A stretch of DNA of 64,000 nucleotides, from positions 1,344,001 through 1,408,000 of the forward strand of contig OZ251997.1 in NCBI GenBank assembly GCA_965247095.1, given 5' to 3'. Positions 57,452-64,000 of this stretch are shown one piece after another. This DNA is from Candidatus Multivorans sp. (lineage in GTDB: Bacteria > Acidobacteriota > Thermoanaerobaculia > Multivoradales > Multivoraceae). The position numbers were made by a program, and so were the translations under genes. The notes under the pieces were generated by a model. The model saw only the letters and a list, made by a program, of their open reading frames with translations, did not search any database and was not told the DNA's origin. The first letter of the stretch is position 1. The number at the start of each line of letters is the position of its first letter.

Positions 57452-60379
57452 CTACTGCTGTTGCCCCGCCCCCTCGTCCAGGAAACGGATCAGGCTCGTG
57501 AGGTCGCTCAGGGTCATCGCGTCAAGCAGGCCCTCGGGCATGATCGACAGCGCCGACGGCTCCTGGCTGCGAATGCGCGGCCGGTCCAGGTCGAGCCGGT
57601 TGCCACCGGCATCGATGAGGGTCAACCGCGCCGCCGTGTCCTCGACCACCATGCCGCTGTGGAGACTGCCTTCGTCGAGTTCGACATCGACCGCCTGGTA
57701 TTGGTCCGAGATCACTCGTGACGGGAACATGATCGACTCCAGCACCTCGCGGCGGCGGAAGCGCGTGACCACGGTCGAGAGATCCGGGCCGCCGCCGCGG
57801 CCGATGTCTCCGAACACGTGGCAGGCCGAGCACCGGGCGCGGTGGAAGACCCGCTCGCCCTGCTCCGGGCTGTGCCGTTCGTAGGCCATCACGTCGTACT
57901 CCAGGTACTCGGCGAGTTCCTCGAAGCTCATCTGGGCGAGGTCGCTCCTGCCCGGCCGGTCACCCTCGACCTCGGTGATCAGCTCGGCGGCGCGCAGGGC
58001 GCGCTCGTTGCGCTGGAGCTCCAGCCGTTCCTCGGCGGCGCGCCGTTCTACGGCGGGGAACTGCGCCAGCACATCGTTCCAGATCGCGTCGATGTACCCC
58101 TCCATGCTCGCGGCGCCGCGGAACTCGCGCGCCGCGTCGAACCAGGCCACGACCCGCCCACGCAGTTCCGGTGTCCAGCCCCGGTCCACCGCGCGCAGGC
58201 AGTAGGCGGTGTGGATTTGCTCCGCGTCCGGTCGTTCCGCCTCCAGGCGGTCGACCATCTTCGCCAGCGCTCCCTCCGGCTGAAGGTAGGCCAGCAGCCG
58301 CTCGAGCTGCCGGTTGGCGCGGTCGTCGGCGTGCGGGTAGCGACCGAGCAGCATCGGGCCCAACCCGGAGCGGGCGTCGGCGCGGCCGGGCGCGTCCGGA
58401 TCCTCGTCGCGGATGAAGGCGACTTCCAGCATGCGCAGGAAGTCGAGTTCTCCCTCGATGTCCAGGTCGGCCTGCGCCAACTGGAACAGCTTCCCGGTGA
58501 GGAAGTTGTACTCCAGCTTGTGTTCCTGGCGGTAGATCACCGCCAGCAGGGCTTCAAAGACGCCCCGAGGACGTTGCGCCGGTGCGGCCATGATCGCCGC
58601 ATCGACCCAGTAGCCGTGGGCAATGCGCAGGATCGCTTCGCGCGCGGCGTAGCGCAGGAACCGGTCCTCGTGATCGAGCAGTTCGTACAGCGCCTCGGCG
58701 GTCGCGACCTTGAGCCCTCGGGTACGCGGATGAAGCCCCGACCGGGCCAGCGACTCGGCCGCACGCCGTGCCACCAGGGGGTCGGGATCCGCGAGTGCTG
58801 CACGAAGCGGCTCCTGCACCTGCGCGAACGTGTAGGAGCCGAGGAGCGCCGCCGCCGCCGCGCGCACCATGGGCTCGTCGCTCGAAAGCAACGCCGACGT
58901 CTCGTCCAGGGTCGGCTTTGGACCGTGGACCTGAAGCAGCTCCAGCGCCCGCTGGCGGTCGAGCGCTTCGCTGCCCGGACCGCGGACGATCCGCCACAGT
59001 TCCGGCGCCCAGGCATCGCCCGCCTCGGCCCGCGCACTCGCTATCGCCTCCCTGCCCCACCCGGAGCGCGGCATCGGCTGCCGCACTGCGCGCTCTGTGC
59101 CGGTCGCCGCCGAAGCCGCGCCCGGCTGCTCGTAGGTCACGCGGTACAACCCGCCCGAGGTCCCCCGGCCGCCGGTGGTGAAGTAGAGCCAGCCGTCCGG
59201 TCCGACATCCATGTCGGTCACGTTGAGGGGCTCGCCGAGGACGAAGTCGTGCGCTTCGCCGGTCCAGGTGGCGCCGGCCCGCTCGGGGAACAGAACCCGG
59301 ATGCGGCCCCGCGACCAGTCGCCCATGAAGTAGGCGCCCTGGTACCGCTCGGGGTAGGCGTGGTGGTAGTAGAAGGCGACGCCGACCGGCGACCCACGCC
59401 CAACATCGACGACCCCGGGCAGGGTGTCGATCTCGTAGAAGGCGAACTTCCCGGAGCCTGTGCGCCAGCCGTAGTCTCCGGCCGGAATCAGGTGAACGAC
59501 GCGGGTCGGGCGGAACCACGGCAGACCGCGGTCCCACTCCATGTCTGCCTCGTACGCGAAGACCTCACCGGCCGCACCGATGGCCAGATCGAACGGGTTG
59601 CGCAAACCCCCGGACAGCCGTTCCCAGGTGTTCGTCTCCAGGTCGACCCGATAGAGCGTGCCGCCCGGCGCGCGCAGGCTGTTGGCGTGGCCCCGCGGAT
59701 CGAGGATGCGCGGCAGGAGTTGGTCCTCTTGCAGTTCGCGCAGCGCCGACGACTCCGCCAGCCGCACATCGGGCCCGGAGTAGTTCCCGTACAGCAGGTA
59801 GAGCGCCCCGTCGGGGCCGCGCGCGATCGTATGCGGGCCGTGCTCCTGGATCCGGCCTGTCGCCCGGGCGATCTGTTCGACCGAGTCGACCCGGTCGTCG
59901 CCGTCCGTGTCCCGCAGCCGGTAGAGCCCGGTGTCCTCGACGGACCCGTTGGAGCGCACCTCGCCCTCGACGCCGGCAGCCTCTGCCAGCCGCCCGTCGC
60001 CGTTGGCGTGCACCAGCAGGTCGCCCGGTCCCATGACGTACAGGCCGTGCGCCGTCTCGACCTGGGGCGCGATGTCGATCCTGCGGTCGTAGACGCCGTC
60101 GCCGTCGCTGTCCTCGAACAGCGCCAGACCCTCGCCCTCAAGCGCCAGCAGAGGTCTGCCGGCGGCGTCGAAGGTCATGTTGACGACCGAACCGAATAGC
60201 TCGGGCGCCGCGGCCGACTCCACCCGGAAACCTTCGGCCGTGCGAAAGCGGCCTCCAGCGTAGTCGAGCCGCTCCCGCCGCGACGCGTCGTGATCGGGCA
60301 TCAGATCCTGGGCGTTGGCCCCGGCAGCAAGACCCAGAACAAGAGTCAGACCGAGAGTCTGGGAGACGGCGTTGTTCAT
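57452..60379 (-). CDS. PVC-type heme-binding protein (dehydrogenase-like beta-propeller, HEAT repeats, C-terminal cytochrome c)
   Basis: Signal peptide; EHGPH, GLRNPFD, DMEWD, GDWSRG; CSACH..GGGPDL; SIMPEGL. Confidence 0.85.
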   Translation of the reverse strand: MNNAVSQTLGLTLVLGLAAGANAQDLMPDHDASRRERLDYAGGRFRTAEGFRVESAAAPELFGSVVNMTFDAAGRPLLALEGEGLALFEDSDGDGVYDRRIDIAPQVETAHGLYVMGPGDLLVHANGDGRLAEAAGVEGEVRSNGSVEDTGLYRLRDTDGDDRVDSVEQIARATGRIQEHGPHTIARGPDGALYLLYGNYSGPDVRLAESSALRELQEDQLLPRILDPRGHANSLRAPGGTLYRVDLETNTWERLSGGLRNPFDLAIGAAGEVFAYEADMEWDRGLPWFRPTRVVHLIPAGDYGWRTGSGKFAFYEIDTLPGVVDVGRGSPVGVAFYYHHAYPERYQGAYFMGDWSRGRIRVLFPERAGATWTGEAHDFVLGEPLNVTDMDVGPDGWLYFTTGGRGTSGGLYRVTYEQPGAASAATGTERAVRQPMPRSGWGREAIASARAEAGDAWAPELWRIVRGPGSEALDRQRALELLQVHGPKPTLDETSALLSSDEPMVRAAAAALLGSYTFAQVQEPLRAALADPDPLVARRAAESLARSGLHPRTRGLKVATAEALYELLDHEDRFLRYAAREAILRIAHGYWVDAAIMAAPAQRPRGVFEALLAVIYRQEHKLEYNFLTGKLFQLAQADLDIEGELDFLRMLEVAFIRDEDPDAPGRADARSGLGPMLLGRYPHADDRANRQLERLLAYLQPEGALAKMVDRLEAERPDAEQIHTAYCLRAVDRGWTPELRGRVVAWFDAAREFRGAASMEGYIDAIWNDVLAQFPAVERRAAEERLELQRNERALRAAELITEVEGDRPGRSDLAQMSFEELAEYLEYDVMAYERHSPEQGERVFHRARCSACHVFGDIGRGGGPDLSTVVTRFRRREVLESIMFPSRVISDQYQAVDVELDEGSLHSGMVVEDTAARLTLIDAGGNRLDLDRPRIRSQEPSALSIMPEGLLDAMTLSDLTSLIRFLDEGAGQQQ

Positions 60380-60525
60380 TGACTGCAGGTTTGCGAAACC
60401 GGTCGCCTATCGCCGTTGACCTTGATGCGGCGGCCTTCGTCCCGGTAGGTGCGCGGCATCCTCGCGACTCTACTATCCCGAACATCTTGTCTTCGGGCGG
60501 CTCTCCTCCGTAGGATGGTGGCGCT

Positions 60526-61761
60526 GTGCCCGACGCACCCTGCACCATCGCGGTTCTGGCCACCCTCGACACGAAGGGCGGCGAAGCCTCCTATCTGGTG
60601 GATCGCATCGTTCGCGACTGGGGCTGCCGGGCGTTCGTCATCGACCTCGGCATCGGCGAGCCCGCGCTCGACGGAAGCTGGCTCCCCGACGTGAGCCGCC
60701 GCGAGGTCGCCAATGCCGGTGGCGAGAAGATCGAGCAACTGGTCCAGGCGGCCGACCGCAAGCGGGCGATCGCGGCGATGTCCGCCGGCGCCGAGGAGGT
60801 CGTCCGCCGCAGCTACGGTCACGCCAGCTTCGACGCAATCGTGGGCCTGGGCGACCGGTCCGGCACCGCGATGGCGACGACCGCGATGCGCGCGCTGCCC
60901 CTGGGCGTACCCAAGGTCATGGTGTCCACCATGGCCGGGGGCGACGCATCCGGCTACGTCGGCGTCATGGACATCGTCATGGTGCCGTCGATCGTCGACA
61001 TCGACGGCATCAACCGGATCAGCCGCCAGATCCTGAGCCGCACCGCCGCCGCGGTCTGCGCCATGGCCCGGGTACAAACCACTGGCGGCGATGACCGTCC
61101 TCTGATCGCTGTTTCCACGTTTCGCAGCGCCACCCCCTGCGTGGACGCCTGCCGGCGCCAACTTGAAACCGAGGGGCTCGAGGTCCTCGTCTTTGACGCC
61201 ACCGGCGCCGGCGGCCGCACGATGGAGAGTTTGATCGAGGCCGGTTTCGTGCGCGGCGTACTGGACCTGACCACCACGGAGTGCGCCGATGAACTGGTCG
61301 GCGGCGTGCGTACCGCGGGTCCGTCCCGCCTGGAGGCCGCCGCCAAGAGCGCTACACCCGCCGTCGTTGTGCCCGGCTGCCTGGACATGGTCAGCTTCTT
61401 CTCCCGGGACACCGTCCCGGCCGAGTTCGAGGGCCGCACCTTCCACCACCAGAGCGACAACATGACCCTGATGCGCACGTCGCCGAGGGAGTGCGCCGAG
61501 CTCGGCCAAGTCCTCGCCTCCAAGCTGAACGCCTCCACCGGTCCGGTCGAGGTCTACCTGCCGCTCGGCGGCGTCTCCAACCTCGCCGCTCCCGGCGGAC
61601 CGTTCCACGACCCGGCCGCCGACGCCGCCCTGTTCTCCGCCCTGCGCAAGAATCTGAGGCGGGCGGTGCCGGTCACCGAGATCGACGTGAACATCAACGA
61701 CCCCCGTTTCTCCTACGCCGTCAGCGACGCGATGCTGCGTCTGGTGCGCGACGCGAACTGA
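60526..61761 (+). CDS. Tm-1-like ATP-binding domain protein (UPF0261)
   Basis: ATLDTKG.E, MRALPLGVPKVMVST, SIVDIDGIN, VLDLTTTE, PGCLDMV. Confidence 0.88.
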   Translation: MPDAPCTIAVLATLDTKGGEASYLVDRIVRDWGCRAFVIDLGIGEPALDGSWLPDVSRREVANAGGEKIEQLVQAADRKRAIAAMSAGAEEVVRRSYGHASFDAIVGLGDRSGTAMATTAMRALPLGVPKVMVSTMAGGDASGYVGVMDIVMVPSIVDIDGINRISRQILSRTAAAVCAMARVQTTGGDDRPLIAVSTFRSATPCVDACRRQLETEGLEVLVFDATGAGGRTMESLIEAGFVRGVLDLTTTECADELVGGVRTAGPSRLEAAAKSATPAVVVPGCLDMVSFFSRDTVPAEFEGRTFHHQSDNMTLMRTSPRECAELGQVLASKLNASTGPVEVYLPLGGVSNLAAPGGPFHDPAADAALFSALRKNLRRAVPVTEIDVNINDPRFSYAVSDAMLRLVRDAN

Positions 61762-61931
61762 AGCGCAATGCCGGGCTGGACTTGTGCAGCTCGAAAGCAC
61801 GGCTCACCAAGAAGCGTGGTCGGTCAAGCGTCCTCGATCTTCGCGGCCGGATAGAGTCTCCTGGCAAGGGCCGGCTTCCGCCCCATCTTCTTCACCCGAA
61901 TCCGACCCGACTGGACGAGGAGGCAAACGTC

Positions 61932-63029
61932 ATGCTCAGTAGCCTGGAACTCAAGGGCTACCGCGGGTTCAGCAACTATCGACTGAGCAGCTTCACGCCC
62001 GTCAATCTGCTGGTCGGCGCTAACAACAGCGGCAAGACATCCATCCTCGAAGCGATTCACTTCCTCGTGTCGCGCGGGGATCCGCGGGTTCTTGCCCGGA
62101 CGGCCAACCGACGGGGCGAGGTCAACTTTCGCGAACCCGACCAGCGCCCCGTGCGCCTGCCGGACGTGTCGCATTTCTTCTTTGGACACAAGCTGGAACC
62201 CGAGGCGAGTTTCCTGCTCAACGACGACAGCGGCTATGGCCCAGTTTCCGTAAGCCTTGTAGATCCGGATACGCAAACGTCCCTTCTCCCCGAGGCACTC
62301 GCCGAAGAGGAGGGGTGGCCTGCGTTCGTGCTTGCCCTGAAGGTTGACGGCAAGGTCGGAGACCGACCTCCAGCCAACGTCCTTGCTGACGGCTCGCTCC
62401 TCCTGGCCGGCTACCCAGTGAGACGTCGATTCGGACTGGACGAGAACTCTGATCTTCCCCCGGTCGAGTTCCTGGCCATCGATGCCCCCTCCGGCACGCC
62501 CCTCGCAAGGAGTTGGGACCAAGTGCTCAGAACCAGCCGTGAGTCCGAGATCGTCTCAGCACTCAAGATCCTTGAACCGGAACTCAAGGCGATACTCTTC
62601 CTGCCGGGCACTCGGCCGTTACATTCCTCGGCATCCGGCGTCTTGCTCGACTTCGAAGACGGAGGAAAGCGAGTCCCACTGGGCAGCTACGGCGATGGCA
62701 TGCGTCGGCTGCTCGAGATGTCCGTCGCACTCGTCCATACATCCGGCGGTTTCCTCCTCATTGACGAAGTGGACACAGGTCTCCACTGGACCGCGATGGA
62801 ACCGGCTTGGCAGATGATTGTCGAGGCAGCGAGGAGGTCCTCTACGCAGGTCTTCGCAACGACTCACAGCAAGGACTGCCTCGTCGGTCTCGACTCCATG
62901 CTCCGATCGAATCCCCATCTCGCTCGCGAAGTGTCCGTTCACAAGATCGAACCGACGCTCGCTGAAGCTGTGCGTCTCGACGCCAAGTCGATCCGCACCG
63001 CGATTGATCAAGGACTCGAGATGCGATGA
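61932..63029 (+). CDS. ABC/AAA_21-type ATPase
   Basis: GAGGAGG SD; Walker A GANNSGKT, signature YGDG, Walker B LIDEVDTGLH, TTHS. Confidence 0.9.
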   Translation: MLSSLELKGYRGFSNYRLSSFTPVNLLVGANNSGKTSILEAIHFLVSRGDPRVLARTANRRGEVNFREPDQRPVRLPDVSHFFFGHKLEPEASFLLNDDSGYGPVSVSLVDPDTQTSLLPEALAEEEGWPAFVLALKVDGKVGDRPPANVLADGSLLLAGYPVRRRFGLDENSDLPPVEFLAIDAPSGTPLARSWDQVLRTSRESEIVSALKILEPELKAILFLPGTRPLHSSASGVLLDFEDGGKRVPLGSYGDGMRRLLEMSVALVHTSGGFLLIDEVDTGLHWTAMEPAWQMIVEAARRSSTQVFATTHSKDCLVGLDSMLRSNPHLAREVSVHKIEPTLAEAVRLDAKSIRTAIDQGLEMR

Positions 63030-63706
63030 GCGCTGCCGGCGGGAGACTGTCGGAGCTTCGCGTCGAAGGTCCGGACGACAAGCACGCGCCGATACATCTG
63101 CTTATCAGACACGGTCTGGAGTTGGAGTACGAGGAGGAGTCTTGGCCCCCGGAGCTGCCGAAGATCGAGGAGATGAAGGGGAAGGAAGGCGTCCTGGGCG
63201 GCATCTGCGATGCAGTCCGGCTCGGTACCGGCCTCACGATGGGATTCGTCCTCGACGCGAACAGCTCCTTGCAGGAGAGCTGGCAATCCGTCTCGGACCG
63301 GCTTCGATCGGTCGGAGTAGATGACATCCCGAAGACAATCCCGCAGGAAGGCTTCATCGGCGTCAGCGCCCAATTCAAGACACGTGTGGGCGTGTGGCTC
63401 ATGCCGGACAACCGCACGCAGGGAGCCTTGGAGCAGTTCCTCGAGACCCTGATCGCCGACCGCGACGCCCTCTTCGACCATGCCCGGCACGCCACAACTG
63501 CCGCCAAGGGCGCGGGAGCCCGGTTCCCTGCACGCGCTGAAGCCAAGGCTGCACTCCACGCGTGGCTTGCGTGGCAAGAGGAGCCGGGGCGCCCGTACGG
63601 AGTCGCGGTACGGGCTAAGTACTTTGGCCACGACAGCCAGGAGGCCATTGCCTTCGTCGATTGGTTTCGCCGTCTCTATCGAGTTGGCCGGGAGGCAACG
63701 GCTTAA
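63026..63706 (+). CDS. DUF3226 (TOPRIM-like) protein
   Basis: VEGPDD, FVLDAN, WLMPDN..GALE.FL, KA.LHAWLAWQEEPG; ATGA overlap with the ATPase. Confidence 0.85.
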   Translation: MSAAGGRLSELRVEGPDDKHAPIHLLIRHGLELEYEEESWPPELPKIEEMKGKEGVLGGICDAVRLGTGLTMGFVLDANSSLQESWQSVSDRLRSVGVDDIPKTIPQEGFIGVSAQFKTRVGVWLMPDNRTQGALEQFLETLIADRDALFDHARHATTAAKGAGARFPARAEAKAALHAWLAWQEEPGRPYGVAVRAKYFGHDSQEAIAFVDWFRRLYRVGREATA

Positions 63707-63784
63707 GGCGCCAAGCCCACCTTTCTGGCCTCGGCCACGCGAGGATCGGCGCGGAAGATACACGGCCGGCGGGTTGTCTGACCG

Positions 63785-63843
63785 CTAGCGCGGCAAATTC
63801 CCCGATGTCGGCGCTTCGCGCCGAACCCACTTTCTGCCGCGCA
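63785..63843. repeat. MITE/REP-like element copy C (inverted relative to 6971-7061, internal REP missing)
   Basis: ctagcgcggca...tcggcgc-ttc-gcgccga...ctttctgccgcgca aligns with the reverse complement of copy A. Confidence 0.65.
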
Positions 63844-63865
63844 TCTCCTAAGGTACATTTCGCGC

Positions 63866-64000
63866 ATGCGAAGCCAACCGCCTCGCGTTCGGTCCCGTAG
63901 ACGGGCACTGGTCCGGCCAGGCATCCTCCTGGGCCTGCTGGTCCTCATGGTCCCGGCTGCAGGCCCAGCTCTCGCGGCTGCCCCGGACCCGACGGCGATC
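63866..64000 (+). CDS. 5' end of a secreted protein (truncated by window)
   Basis: TACATT 6 nt before ATG; MRSQPPRVRSRRRALVRPGILLGLLVLMVPAAGPALAA signal peptide. Confidence 0.6.
   Translation, partial: MRSQPPRVRSRRRALVRPGILLGLLVLMVPAAGPALAAAPDPTAI

Noticed and set aside
57452-60379. Large heme/HEAT/propeller protein as a novel system
   Set aside because: Architecture matches the known PVC-type heme-binding family and has no distinctive partners here

Overview
High-GC bacterial chromosomal window with about 55 genes and no rRNA, tRNA, CRISPR array or intact transposase seen. The gene content (a recurrent 'SGLFWFF..NWE.L.KVLDG' C-terminal domain, PVC-type heme protein, DUF5916 barrel, Uma2-like protein, Spondin_N protein) suggests an Acidobacteriota/Thermoanaerobaculia-like organism, possibly host-associated; this is inference. 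Most genes are catabolic or housekeeping: acyl-CoA dehydrogenases, CoA-transferases, hydrolases, a cysH/siroheme/metY sulfur block, trkA, a PQQ dehydrogenase, a Mycobacterium Sdh1-like sdhCAB, an rpoD-like sigma factor, aroH, Prx6 and bolA. Scattered accessory genes include a Phd-VapC pair, an hsdM remnant, an AAA-DUF4143 ATPase and an ABC-ATPase/DUF3226 pair. The most notable observations are: (1) five copies of one ~115-aa Cys-containing C-terminal domain on three unrelated secreted proteins, a candidate lineage-specific sorting or anchoring module; (2) a free-standing secreted copy of a subtilase propeptide encoded directly behind its protease; (3) an aldehyde:ferredoxin oxidoreductase gene with three large in-frame deletions, followed by a MoaD-kinase fusion; (4) a structured 68-bp tandem repeat in the trkA leader; (5) a REP/MITE-like family with compensatory hairpin changes; (6) many apparent leaderless promoters.
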